From Pyrinomonadaceae bacterium (GTDB lineage: Bacteria; Acidobacteriota; Blastocatellia; Pyrinomonadales; Pyrinomonadaceae): a stretch of DNA of 64,000 nucleotides. The stretch spans positions 7,042 to 71,041 of the forward strand of contig DATKDA010000071.1 of assembly GCA_035512935.1 (NCBI GenBank), in the 5' to 3' direction. The notes beneath the pieces are model-generated. The model ran no database searches. It saw only the letters and a program-made list of their open reading frames with translations, and had not been told where the DNA came from. The position numbers were made by a program, and so were the translations under genes. How positions within the stretch are numbered: the stretch's first letter is position 1; each line of letters begins with the position of its first letter. Below are positions 44,775 through 54,681 of this stretch, piece by piece.

Positions 44775-46459
44775 TGGACCGCCTCCAAATTAACTGATGA
44801 GCGTCTTGCCGGGACTTTCTTGGTTACCATCTTGTCACGCGCGTTGCGGTGAGAAAAGGCCATGAGCATGCCCAGCATTGCAAAGCTAGTAATTAAACTG
44901 AAACCACCGTGACTCACGAAAGGCAGGGTAATGCCGGTCATCGGTAAGGCTCGTAGTATGCCCCCGATATTGACCAGCGCCTGAAAACCCACAAAAGCTG
45001 TTAGGCCGGCAGCACAGAGCTTGGTAAACATATCACGCGCATCAAGTGAAGTGCGAACGCCTGACGCCACAAACACTAACACGGCCAAAATAACAACGGC
45101 ACCCCCTAAAAGTCCCAGTTCCTCAGCGATGGCCGCATAGACATAATCCGAGTCCGCAATCGGAATCACTTCGGGATAGCCGAGGCCAAAACCCCTGCCT
45201 GTAGTCTGGCCGGAAGCTATACCGAACAATGCTTGAGCCGGTTGGAAGGCAAGCTTATCGAACCATATGTCGATGTTGACATTATTCTGCATCGCCGGAC
45301 TCATTTGCGCGAGTTCTTTGAGTTTCGGGTCCTTGTCGAGCGATTCATCATACTCGTTTTTCCACCACGACACTTCCGGTGAGGGTGGATCGAAGCCGTT
45401 AATCCAAAGGTGAAACCGCTGCTGAATGCGGGCAGGCAACGCCGACTGCACGGGTTTTGCCATGGTGGGTAACAGCGGCACCTTTTCCTGGATATCTCGT
45501 GGCAACGCCCCAATAACCAGAATGGTGATCACTAGCATAAGTGAACCCACAAAGAGAAGTAGTTGGGGCCAACGGCGCACGGCAACCAGGTAGAGCGTTG
45601 TGTAAGCGCCGCTGAAGATTAGCATTTGACCGAAGTCCTTTAGAGCAAAAAACGGGACGAATGGAATGGCTGCCATCACCAGCAATGGTAAGACATCCCG
45701 GGCGCGTGGAATCCCCCAGTAGGTCTCGGCCAACTCTTTGTAGCGGGCCGTCAGTAGACCGGCGAAGCCAACCAGAAACGGGATCTTTGAAGGTTCCCAG
45801 GGTGTCATGTTTCCAAGCGCCTTCCCGCCACTTGAAGTTACTACCGCAATCGCCAGAGGCAACAATGTAAACAGAACTATGATGAAAGAGTTGCGCTGCA
45901 ACCAGGAGAGGAACGCATCGTTCAGACAGAACGAGTACGCAATCGCGAAAGCGACGAAAGCCAGCAAAGGAATCCAGGTCGAGGTCGAGGTCAAAGCATT
46001 TCCCAGGGAGTAAGTCGACTCGCGTCGAGGCAGTTGCCTGAAATCAACTGGCTGGGCCGGAGTCGGAGGTAGACCCATTAACTGCTTTTTCGTCTGGTCA
46101 TAGTTCTCCATGATGTAGCGCGAGCGGAGCGCCTCCATCTTTGCCTGTCGGGCCGCCGCTTTATTGCGTGCGTTGTATTCCGGATCGCTGAAGAGTCGAT
46201 ACTGTATGAGGGTGCCGACTGAAAAAAGCACGATCGCTGTGGTAAAGAGCGCCCAACTTCCGGCAAACTTCTTTACTCGCGACAACCAGATCACGAGTGC
46301 CAGCAGTGGAAGGAATGTAAAGAGATCCCGAACCGCGCTAATGACCGAGGTTTCATAGCCGCGTAACAAGCCCGCTCGATAGACCGCCAGGTACCCGACG
46401 ATTTCAAGCACGACGATTCCGAGAATTACGAAAAGATGTGATGATGCCCGGTTCTTCAA
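44771..46459 (-). CDS. SEDS-family peptidoglycan polymerase (FtsW/RodA-like), unusually long at 562 aa
   Basis: Polytopic, with the conserved C-terminal motif GITLPFVSHGGFSL. TTG start. The stop overlaps the PP2C ATG. Confidence 0.88.
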   Translation of the reverse strand: MKNRASSHLFVILGIVVLEIVGYLAVYRAGLLRGYETSVISAVRDLFTFLPLLALVIWLSRVKKFAGSWALFTTAIVLFSVGTLIQYRLFSDPEYNARNKAAARQAKMEALRSRYIMENYDQTKKQLMGLPPTPAQPVDFRQLPRRESTYSLGNALTSTSTWIPLLAFVAFAIAYSFCLNDAFLSWLQRNSFIIVLFTLLPLAIAVVTSSGGKALGNMTPWEPSKIPFLVGFAGLLTARYKELAETYWGIPRARDVLPLLVMAAIPFVPFFALKDFGQMLIFSGAYTTLYLVAVRRWPQLLLFVGSLMLVITILVIGALPRDIQEKVPLLPTMAKPVQSALPARIQQRFHLWINGFDPPSPEVSWWKNEYDESLDKDPKLKELAQMSPAMQNNVNIDIWFDKLAFQPAQALFGIASGQTTGRGFGLGYPEVIPIADSDYVYAAIAEELGLLGGAVVILAVLVFVASGVRTSLDARDMFTKLCAAGLTAFVGFQALVNIGGILRALPMTGITLPFVSHGGFSLITSFAMLGMLMAFSHRNARDKMVTKKVPARRSSVNLEAVQ

Positions 46460-46491
46460 TTTAGTCAGTGCTTCGTGTCAGTAATCAGTTG

Positions 46492-48381
46492 CTATTGGGG
46501 ACTGCGGGCTGTTCGCCTGGCCTGCCCTTGCTCCTGTTGGCCTTTGGGTTTTGTGGATTCAGCGGCGAAGTAGCCCAGTTCTTTAGCTTTTAACACCAGT
46601 GCTGCAGCTATCGGCGCGGCAGAACGCGAACCGTACCCGCCGCCTTCCACGACAACCGCGATAGCAAGCTGAGGGCGCTCAAGAGGAGCAATACATAGAA
46701 ACCAGCCATCAACGCGCGGGTTGTCGACATTCATGATGGTTTCTTCGTACTCCCGAATGATGTTCCCGCGATTGTCCCTTTCAACGCGACGCCTTGTCTT
46801 GGGCTCCCCGGTCTTTGGATCGAAAACGGGAACGACCTTCTGGGCGGTCCCTGTCTTGCCGCCGGAACTGATTCCGGCTGCTTTGACCGGCGCAAAGACG
46901 CCGCGCGCCGTGCCACTCGCGCCGCCGGTTACCAGACCCATGATCTGACGCATCCTTTGCGCTGCTTGTGGCGACGTTACCTGCTTGAAAACTTCCGGCG
47001 GACGATCAAACTCAATCCGGGGCTTTATCAATTTCCCTTCGAGATTGGCGACTGCGGCCGCAGCAAGCGCCATCTGTAACGGGGTCATCTGACCCGAATA
47101 GCCCTGACCAAAACCAATGAGCGCCAGATCATAACGAGTAACGTTTTTGCCGGTTACGATCGTTGCTTCGCGTGGGGCCAGGGCGCGCTTAACTGGGTGA
47201 CTACTTGCATTCCAGATCTCAGGTTGCTTGCGACCGCGCAGCGCTTCAGTCGGCGTATCGTAGGCGCCGATCCCGAGCAATTGTGCTGCCTGCTTCATTC
47301 GCTCGTGACCAAGTTTTACGCCTAACTGCGCGAAATACTGATTGCAGGAGACTTCAAAAGCGCGTTCAATACCGATTCGACCATGTACTGAACCACCATC
47401 GTCGAAGATTACATTCGCACCTGGTGCGGCGTAATATCCGCTGCCGCTACAAACGAACTCAGAATCCTGCATGCCGGCAATGTAAGCAGCAATCATCGTG
47501 AAAATCTTAAAGGTGGAACCTGGGATGTAATACGTTCCTAGCGCTCGGCTAACAAGCGGACGATCCCGCTGATTGGCGTCCAACTGTATCCAGGTCGTTT
47601 CGTTCTCGACTTCCTTTAGGCTGTACGAAGGCTCGCTGTAGAGCGCCAGCACCTCGCCTGTTTGAGGGTTGATTGCAACAACAGCGCCATGCTTTCCCTT
47701 TAATTGGTCGACGGCGGCTTGTTGGAGGTCCCGGTCAATGGTTAGACGCACATCACTACTTCCTTTGTGTTCGATGCTTTCGCCTCGCACCACCTGAAGC
47801 GCTTCCGGCAAGGCGCCACTCTCGAGTCCGAATAGCGCCCGCTCGAGACCAGGATCTCCCCGATCGGATCCAAAGATGTGGGCCATGGCCTTATCCATGG
47901 GATAGTGACGTGTGATATTGCCGTTCGAGTCGCGGCGATAGAGGGCCAGTGCCCGATCCAGTCTGCCGCTACGGTCCAGTATCCAGCCGCGCAAGCTGGA
48001 TTCGGCCAAACGCCGGTTGCGAAGATCCTTGTAGCTTAGCTGTTGGAATTTTGGATTACTTTCAGCGGCGTACTGAGCCCAGTAGACATGAAAGCCAAAC
48101 AGTCCAAGGGCGAGCAGTACAAAGAGTACTCGCAACGCGCGCAGGCCTCGATTAGTTGAAGTCAGGCCGAGCCGTCTTTTTACCGCAGTGGGAAGGTCTT
48201 CGGTAAGCGTTGCCAAAGGCCCCGGGCCTTTCTGACGGTTCCGGAACAGTGAAATCAGTAAGAGCAGAACGATGAGCGCCAGTCCGCTCACATAAATCAG
48301 GGTGAATAAGGCGGGCATCCTTTCGGGAACATGCGCAGCGACTGGAGTAGCGGTTGGCGACTGTAGAAGAAAGAGTAACAT
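46492..48381 (-). CDS. class B penicillin-binding protein (PBP2/PbpA-like transpeptidase)
   Basis: SxxK in PGSTFKIF, SxN in EVSCNQY, KTG in GGKTGTAQ. Has an N-terminal TM anchor. Confidence 0.9.
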   Translation of the reverse strand: MLLFLLQSPTATPVAAHVPERMPALFTLIYVSGLALIVLLLLISLFRNRQKGPGPLATLTEDLPTAVKRRLGLTSTNRGLRALRVLFVLLALGLFGFHVYWAQYAAESNPKFQQLSYKDLRNRRLAESSLRGWILDRSGRLDRALALYRRDSNGNITRHYPMDKAMAHIFGSDRGDPGLERALFGLESGALPEALQVVRGESIEHKGSSDVRLTIDRDLQQAAVDQLKGKHGAVVAINPQTGEVLALYSEPSYSLKEVENETTWIQLDANQRDRPLVSRALGTYYIPGSTFKIFTMIAAYIAGMQDSEFVCSGSGYYAAPGANVIFDDGGSVHGRIGIERAFEVSCNQYFAQLGVKLGHERMKQAAQLLGIGAYDTPTEALRGRKQPEIWNASSHPVKRALAPREATIVTGKNVTRYDLALIGFGQGYSGQMTPLQMALAAAAVANLEGKLIKPRIEFDRPPEVFKQVTSPQAAQRMRQIMGLVTGGASGTARGVFAPVKAAGISSGGKTGTAQKVVPVFDPKTGEPKTRRRVERDNRGNIIREYEETIMNVDNPRVDGWFLCIAPLERPQLAIAVVVEGGGYGSRSAAPIAAALVLKAKELGYFAAESTKPKGQQEQGQARRTARSPQ

Positions 48382-48446
48382 TTAGTAGTTGAACCTCCTG
48401 CGAGATCCGGTTCTCATTTAGCGGGGAGATTCTGAGGGAAAGAGCT

Positions 48447-49277
48447 TTACTCCTTCTTTCGAAAACGAACTTCGACTTCACCAAAGCCCACTACGTCGCC
48501 GCCCTCAATATGCCGCGCCTCTCCATACGAGATTCGGCGCCCGTTGATGAACGTTCCATTTGTGGACCCCGTATCGGCGACGAGAAGCGTGCCTTCAAGA
48601 TTCATCACCAGGGCCGCGTGGATCTTCGAGACACTTGAATCATTGAGAGGTAAGTCATTGTCTGCGGCACGACCGACATTCAGGCGTCTGCCTCCCGGCC
48701 GGAACAGCAGGGTGACGTCGCGCGTCCCTTCGCGCAAAGTGACGCGCGCTACCATCGGGGTTTCAGATATCTTATCGCCTTTGGGGGCAATGCCGTTCCT
48801 GGCTGCGCGCCTTGCTTCATCCTCTTTGCGCAGTTCGTCTTCAAACTCGCCAAACGTGGGGTCAACAGAGATACCGGTGGTAAAAATATCCACCTCCGTC
48901 TCGATGTGGATCGGGGCCAGCGTGTTGTACCGATGGTCGTTTATATGGTCAATGGCAGCAGCAAGAACTTCGTGCTCGAGTTCCTTGACGATCTCGGCGG
49001 GCGTTTCGGAATGCGTTCCCCACTCGAGCTTCATCTCGAGATGGTGGGGAGCAATCCGTCCTCTAGCGTCATCCTCACGAACCCTTTCGTCGATGGAGTG
49101 TTTCATCCGTTCAATCAGTTTTGCCGTGGTGAGGCCGCTGCGAGGATCGATTGTGCGCCCGAACTTTCGATCTACAACATCGCCAACGCCTTCAAGGACG
49201 CGACGAAAGAGGCGTTCAGTCAGAGCCTCATCTCTCTTCTTCTGTGGTGGCTTCTGTTCCTCAGTCATGAAAAACAA
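48447..49277 (-). CDS. FHA-domain protein with a FhaA-like N-terminal domain
   Basis: C-terminal FHA motifs (LNVGRAADNDLPLNDSSVSKIHAALV...STNGTFING). Confidence 0.82.
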   Translation of the reverse strand: MFFMTEEQKPPQKKRDEALTERLFRRVLEGVGDVVDRKFGRTIDPRSGLTTAKLIERMKHSIDERVREDDARGRIAPHHLEMKLEWGTHSETPAEIVKELEHEVLAAAIDHINDHRYNTLAPIHIETEVDIFTTGISVDPTFGEFEDELRKEDEARRAARNGIAPKGDKISETPMVARVTLREGTRDVTLLFRPGGRRLNVGRAADNDLPLNDSSVSKIHAALVMNLEGTLLVADTGSTNGTFINGRRISYGEARHIEGGDVVGFGEVEVRFRKKE

Positions 49278-49461
49278 TACGAAAATTAGTTCGAGTTCGT
49301 TCTGGAGTCAGGCAGCACCCTCGTTCCAGACTAACCGCTTGTTGGGGTTCGCAAACATAATTGTACAATACAGGGTCGTAATTCAATGCCTCTGCCGTTT
49401 GACAAGCGACCGCCTGACGGGGCGATAATTCGTTGAACTTATCTTTAATCAGGCCACCTCG

Positions 49462-50301
49462 ATGCTTCATAAACTCTATTTTCCCCCCGCACCCCTTGCG
49501 AGGTTTGTCGAAAATATCTGGTATTACGAAGGCTATGATCCGACGCATACCCGGGAGAAGATTCTGCCGGACGGGGCGATCGAGTTGATCATTGATCTGG
49601 AGGACAGGCCACAAAGGATATACGAAGATGAAGGTAGCCTCCACTTCCGGCCTTGTAAGAAGGCCTGGATCTCGGGGGAGCGGACAAAATATATCGTTAT
49701 TGGCGTTCAGGGCGGATCAATGATCGGCGTCAGATTTCGACCCGGAGGGGCCTATCCTTTCTTTCGGTTTCCCATTTCAGAATTGAGCGACTCAGTGATT
49801 GAGCTCGATCTGATCTGGGGCAACTTCGTTAAAGAGCTCCGCGACCAACTCTTGGAAATTCGATCGCCTGAAGCAAAACTGCGGCGCTTTGAGGCTCTAC
49901 TGTTGCAACGAGTACAACGTCCACTCGAGCCAAACGGCCTTATTAGTTATGCCGTGCAGCAATTACAACAATCACCTCAGTTCATAGCTATTCGCGACCT
50001 GGCCGGCTCAATAGGGATCACGCAGAAGCATCTAATTTCCCAGTTTGAAAAGATTGTGGGGTTGCGGCCTAAAGTTTTTGCGCGGGTGTGTAAGTTCCAG
50101 AAGGTGCTGAATCTGATTGAGGAGCAAAGCCGGATCGAATGGGCGGCCGTTGCTTACGAATGTGGTTATTACGATCAAGCCCACTTCATCAAGGAGTTCC
50201 ACAGCTTCTCTGGAGTGAATCCCTCGAGCTACCTTACGCAGCGTGGTGAGTACCTAAACTTTGTCCCACTCCCCGAACCAATTCGCCAGAGCGATCAGTG
50301 A
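49462..50301 (+). CDS. AraC-family transcriptional regulator
   Basis: C-terminal double HTH (IRDLAGSIGITQKHLISQF ... YECGYYDQAHFIKEFHSFSGVNPSSY). Confidence 0.85.
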   Translation: MLHKLYFPPAPLARFVENIWYYEGYDPTHTREKILPDGAIELIIDLEDRPQRIYEDEGSLHFRPCKKAWISGERTKYIVIGVQGGSMIGVRFRPGGAYPFFRFPISELSDSVIELDLIWGNFVKELRDQLLEIRSPEAKLRRFEALLLQRVQRPLEPNGLISYAVQQLQQSPQFIAIRDLAGSIGITQKHLISQFEKIVGLRPKVFARVCKFQKVLNLIEEQSRIEWAAVAYECGYYDQAHFIKEFHSFSGVNPSSYLTQRGEYLNFVPLPEPIRQSDQ

Positions 50302-50388
50302 AATCGCCGACAGGTTAATTTTTTACAATACAACGCGAGCCACTCTATCGAGAATGCCGCTAACATTCTTGAAAAAGGAGTCCCGGCA

Positions 50389-50796
50389 ATGGATCTTTCA
50401 ACTATCAACTATCTTGCTGTGATCGTAGCGGCACTTTCAACTTTCCTTATCGGTGGTTTGTGGTACTCACCATTGCTTTTCGGTAAGGCCTGGATGCGGG
50501 CGAACAACTTCTCGGAACAGGAGGTCGAAAAGTTCAGCAAGGCGCGCATGTTTGGCTGGTCCTTTGTCTTTTCACTGGTAATGGCGTTCAACCTCGCAAT
50601 GTTTCTCGCCGGTCCGGACACCAATGTCACATGGGGCATGGCCGCCGGAGCACTCTCAGGTTTCGGATGGGTGGCAATGGCAATCGGTATCATCTCCGTA
50701 TTCGAGAATCGCTCCTGGTCCTATATTGCAATCAACGGTGGTTACATGACCGTTGCATTCATCGTCATGGGGGCCATCCTCGGCGCGTGGCGTTGA
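50389..50796 (+). CDS. small four-TM membrane protein, DUF1761-like
   Basis: 135 aa. The N-terminal NYLAVIVAALSTFLIGGLWYSPLLFGKAW resembles DUF1761. This assignment is from memory. Confidence 0.55.
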   Translation: MDLSTINYLAVIVAALSTFLIGGLWYSPLLFGKAWMRANNFSEQEVEKFSKARMFGWSFVFSLVMAFNLAMFLAGPDTNVTWGMAAGALSGFGWVAMAIGIISVFENRSWSYIAINGGYMTVAFIVMGAILGAWR

Positions 50797-50922
50797 GACG
50801 TCCAAGAATCTTCTCGCTGGCTGTCCGTCTGTTTTGGGAACCGAGAGGCTAACGCCTCTGCCGGCTTTGCAGTAGCCTCATCCTTAAGTTATCTTCACCA
50901 GCAAAAAAGGGAGGCGGTCAAA

Positions 50923-51858
50923 ATGAAGAGAATCTCTCTGGCATCTACTCTTGGGCTTGTTGTTCTTCTTACAACCTTCGCCTATGCATCAGCCCAGGCA
51001 GTCCGGACTCCCCGGGCCAGTCAAAAGGCTAGCGTCACACAGACAGTTGGGGTCACCGATTTAACTGTTACCTACAGCCGGCCGGGAGTGAAGGGAAGGG
51101 TCATCTGGGGCGACCCGCCCACCACAGCGACGGGCACAGCAACCCTGGACAACGCGTCGCAGCGTCCAAAGGATGCCGTTCTGGTCCCCTACGGGCATGT
51201 CTGGCGCGCCGGTGCAAATGAGGCCACGCAGTTCATTGTCACCGATGACGTAATTGTAAATGGCCAACCTTTAAAGGCTGGAACTTACAGTTTACACATG
51301 ATCCCGGGTCGTGATGAATGGACCATAATCTTCAACAGCGACGCGGGTCAGTGGGGCAGCTTCAGCTACGACGAGGCGAAGGATGTCTTGCGGATCAAAG
51401 CTAAACCCCAGACCGTGTCGGAGAACCAGGAATGGCTGCTCTTCAGTATTGATCCTGTCACTGAAAACTCTGCCCAGGTAAGCCTGCAGTGGGAAAAGTT
51501 GCGCGTGCCGTTTACTGTCGAGATTAAGGATGTAAACGCTTTGACCATCGCCAAGGCCCGAGCCGCCGTTGCAGCCGCCAAGCCGGACGATTGGCGTGTG
51601 CCCCTTCAGGCTGCGAATTTCGCTTTCCAGAACGGTACTCCTCAGGACCGCGAGGATGCAATGCGATGGGTTGAACAATCGATCAAAGCACAAGAAACTT
51701 TCCAGAACATGGGCGCCAAAGCTCGAATGCTGGCCGCGCAAGGAAAGACGCAGGAGGCGATTGCGGCCGGTGAGCGCGCCCTTGAGCTCGGCAAAGCGGC
51801 AAAGGCCAATACCGCCGATTTAGAGAAACGTTTGGCTGAATGGAAAGGGAAGAAGTAA
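50923..51858 (+). CDS. secreted DUF2911-like protein with a C-terminal helical (TPR-like) extension
   Basis: Signal peptide, then VTYSRPGVKGRVIWG ... VWRAGANEAT ... LKAGTYSL, the pattern typical of DUF2911. Confidence 0.65.
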   Translation: MKRISLASTLGLVVLLTTFAYASAQAVRTPRASQKASVTQTVGVTDLTVTYSRPGVKGRVIWGDPPTTATGTATLDNASQRPKDAVLVPYGHVWRAGANEATQFIVTDDVIVNGQPLKAGTYSLHMIPGRDEWTIIFNSDAGQWGSFSYDEAKDVLRIKAKPQTVSENQEWLLFSIDPVTENSAQVSLQWEKLRVPFTVEIKDVNALTIAKARAAVAAAKPDDWRVPLQAANFAFQNGTPQDREDAMRWVEQSIKAQETFQNMGAKARMLAAQGKTQEAIAAGERALELGKAAKANTADLEKRLAEWKGKK

Positions 51859-51974
51859 CAGTTTAAAGAATCTACGGACTGGCGAGAGCAAAACGCCCGG
51901 AGCGCGCCAGCCCGAGGTCTATGAGAAACGCCAGACCTTTGACCCAGAACGCGCCTTAACCTCGGAGGGGTGAG

Positions 51975-53822
51975 ATGCCTATAGCTCAAGCCCGGACCGA
52001 ACTCCTCGTACACGCTGTTAGCATGGTCCAAAAACGCTGCCTGGTACTTCTCTTTGCGCTCTTAACGCTCCTCCTCGCCTCTCTTACCTCGGCGCATGCT
52101 CAGGAGGAAATCTTCATTCGCTTCAATCAGGTTGGTTATCGGCCCACCGCCCCGAAGATTGCCATCGCATTTTCTCGCAAGCAGTTGCCGGAAACTTTCA
52201 GCATTATCGACATCAGCACGAAGGAGACTGCTTTTACCGCGCTCCTGAAACCGATTCCTGGCAGCTGGGGAGAATTTGATTACCATGGTGAGATCGACTT
52301 CTCTGGCTTGAATAGACCCGGTCGATTCGTCATCCAAGCAGGAACGGTCCATTCAGCACCATTCGAGATCAATTTAAGCGCACTCTCATTACTCCCGGAT
52401 CAGATGCTGGAGTTTATGCGGCAGCAGCGTTGCGGATACAACCCCTGGCTCGATGCAGTCTGCCACTCTTTTGACGGCCGGACCGCCTATGGACCACTCC
52501 CGGCGGGCAGTTATCTGAACGCTACTGGTGGTTGGCACGATGCCGGCGACCTGCTGAAGTATCTGCTAACTTCAAGCAATGCGACGGCCCAAATGCTCCT
52601 TGCCTATCAGTTGATTAGCTCGGGAAATCGCAAAGCGATCTTTCCTGACAGATTCAATGAGTTGGGCCAGCCGGGCGCCAAGGGGATTCCCGATATTCTC
52701 GACGAAGCCCGCTGGGCGCTCGAATGGATGCTGAAACTACATCCCGCGCCGGACCAGCTCTACCATCAGGTCGCAGACGATCGCGACCATCAGGGCTGGC
52801 GGCTTCCCCAAAACGAGATTGTTGATTATGGCTGGGGGCCGGGAAGCTACAGAGTGGTCTATTTCGCCGATGGAAAGCCGCAGGGTTTGCAGAAATATCA
52901 GAGCAGTTCTACCGGCGTAGCAAATCTTGCGGGACGCTATGCGGCGGCCATGGCCCTCGGTTATCAGATCTGGAAGGACGATCCCAGGTTTCGCGATTAT
53001 GCACAGAAGCTTCTGAAAGCAGGCAGGGAGGTCTACGAGTTAGGTAAGGCAAAGGAAGGCGTGCAACAAGGGAACTCCTATGGAGCTCCATATCGCTATG
53101 AAGAGACAACCTGGACGGACGATATGGAGTGGGGCGCTGCCGAACTGTTTCGCGCCACTCGGGAAAAGAAATATCTCACCGACGCAAGACGCTATGCTCC
53201 GTTGGCGGGTGCGGAATCGTGGATGGGGAAGGAGCAGGCGGGCCACTATCAGTTCTATCCTTTCATGAATGTGGGCCACTTTCGGCTACACGATCTCGTT
53301 GATAAGAACTTGAAGAAGCTGCTTGCGGGTTACTATCGGGAAAGCATGGACCTGACAGTTAAGGCGAGCGAAGGGAATCCATACCGGCTCGGTGTTCCGT
53401 TTATCTGGTGCTCCAATAATCTCGTTGTTGCTCTTGCGACGCAGGTGTTGCTTTATGAGCGCATGACCGGAGACCGAAGTTACCAAGAGCTTGCCGCGAA
53501 GCAGATTGACTGGCTGTTGGGCCGCAACCCCTGGGGATTTTCGATGTTTACGCAGATTCCAGCAGATGGAGTCTATCCGCGTGATGTGCATTTGATGCCC
53601 AACTCGATTCTAAAACGTGAAGTGCGTGGTGGGTTGGTCGATGGTCCAGTATATAGGCGAATCTTCGCTTCGCTGCGTGGTGTCAGCATCACTGAACCTG
53701 ACCCTCTGGCAGCCTTTCAAGATGAACGTGCTGTCTATCACGACGACATTAAGGATTACTCGACAAACGAACCAACAATGGATGGCACAGCTTCGGCTAT
53801 TCTTCTGTTTGCCTTGCAGTGA
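51975..53822 (+). CDS. glycoside hydrolase family 9 (endoglucanase-like) with an N-terminal Ig-like domain
   Basis: GGWHDAGDLLKY and C-terminal DYSTNEPTMDG GH9 signatures. The signal peptide follows Met17, so ATG 52023 is an alternative start. GGAGG lies upstream of 51975. Confidence 0.85.
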   Translation: MPIAQARTELLVHAVSMVQKRCLVLLFALLTLLLASLTSAHAQEEIFIRFNQVGYRPTAPKIAIAFSRKQLPETFSIIDISTKETAFTALLKPIPGSWGEFDYHGEIDFSGLNRPGRFVIQAGTVHSAPFEINLSALSLLPDQMLEFMRQQRCGYNPWLDAVCHSFDGRTAYGPLPAGSYLNATGGWHDAGDLLKYLLTSSNATAQMLLAYQLISSGNRKAIFPDRFNELGQPGAKGIPDILDEARWALEWMLKLHPAPDQLYHQVADDRDHQGWRLPQNEIVDYGWGPGSYRVVYFADGKPQGLQKYQSSSTGVANLAGRYAAAMALGYQIWKDDPRFRDYAQKLLKAGREVYELGKAKEGVQQGNSYGAPYRYEETTWTDDMEWGAAELFRATREKKYLTDARRYAPLAGAESWMGKEQAGHYQFYPFMNVGHFRLHDLVDKNLKKLLAGYYRESMDLTVKASEGNPYRLGVPFIWCSNNLVVALATQVLLYERMTGDRSYQELAAKQIDWLLGRNPWGFSMFTQIPADGVYPRDVHLMPNSILKREVRGGLVDGPVYRRIFASLRGVSITEPDPLAAFQDERAVYHDDIKDYSTNEPTMDGTASAILLFALQ

Positions 53823-53856
53823 AAGCAAACTCAGCAAAGTTTTAACCACGAATTGA

Positions 53857-54681
53857 TCACAACGGCGAGCTTACTGCGTCGCGCTGTTCCCTTTGCCGAG
53901 CGGCCTCGTAAAGCACAATCGCGGCTGCCACTCCTACATTTAAACTCTCTACACTCCCCTGCATGGGAATCCTGACCGCTTCATCGGCGCCTTCGATCTC
54001 TTCCTCGGTGAGACCTGTTGCCTCCGGGCCGACAATCAGCGCCCGTGGATCTCTCCAATCAATCTCGGTGTATAGACAGTTGGCCTGGGCATCGGCCCCA
54101 ACGGTTCTAATCTCATGCTTCCCGCACCACGACAGGACATCTTCATACGCGACCTCTGTCCAGATCGGTAAACGAAATGCCGAGCCCATCGCCCCACGCA
54201 GAGATTTTGGTGAGAAGGGATCGCTCGTGTGGTGAGTTGTGATCGCTCCCGTGGCGCCGGCGGCCTCCGCGGTGCGCAGGATTGCTCCTACATTCACTGG
54301 ATTATTTATTCCGTGCAGGATCACGATCAAAGGCTGCTGGGCCTTGGTCTCTTCCAATCTCGCACGTCCTGAAGTTGGCCTTTTAGCCAGTGCGACGATC
54401 CCTTGTGGAGTTTTGGTATAAGAGATTGTCTCGAGAAGTTTCTCGCTAACAGAGGCAAGGCGGTTACAAACGCCACCCAATTCGGCTATCACCGCTGCCG
54501 CTCGCTCTTTCTTCTCAATCTCTTCAGAAAAGATTACGGAATCAATTTCCAACCCGGAGCGGAGTGCTTCTTCACACAACCGCAGTCCCTCGATATAGAT
54601 CAGACCCTCGAGTTTGCCATCGCGGACGGCGCGCACCCGGCGGAGCAGGGAATTGTCTCGACTGGTGATGTTAAGTATCAC
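53857..54681 (-). CDS. TrmH/SpoU-family RNA 2'-O-methyltransferase
   Basis: SpoU motifs VILHGINNPVNVGAILRTAEA, IVGPEATGL and SLNVGVAAAIVLYE. Confidence 0.88.
   Translation of the reverse strand: MILNITSRDNSLLRRVRAVRDGKLEGLIYIEGLRLCEEALRSGLEIDSVIFSEEIEKKERAAAVIAELGGVCNRLASVSEKLLETISYTKTPQGIVALAKRPTSGRARLEETKAQQPLIVILHGINNPVNVGAILRTAEAAGATGAITTHHTSDPFSPKSLRGAMGSAFRLPIWTEVAYEDVLSWCGKHEIRTVGADAQANCLYTEIDWRDPRALIVGPEATGLTEEEIEGADEAVRIPMQGSVESLNVGVAAAIVLYEAARQREQRDAVSSPL

Noticed and set aside
48544-49428. 294-aa ORF on the plus strand
   Set aside because: It lies entirely antisense to the well-supported FHA gene (48447-49277). It is Ser/Arg-rich and low-complexity, typical of shadow ORFs opposite GC-rich coding sequence, and has no recognisable motif.
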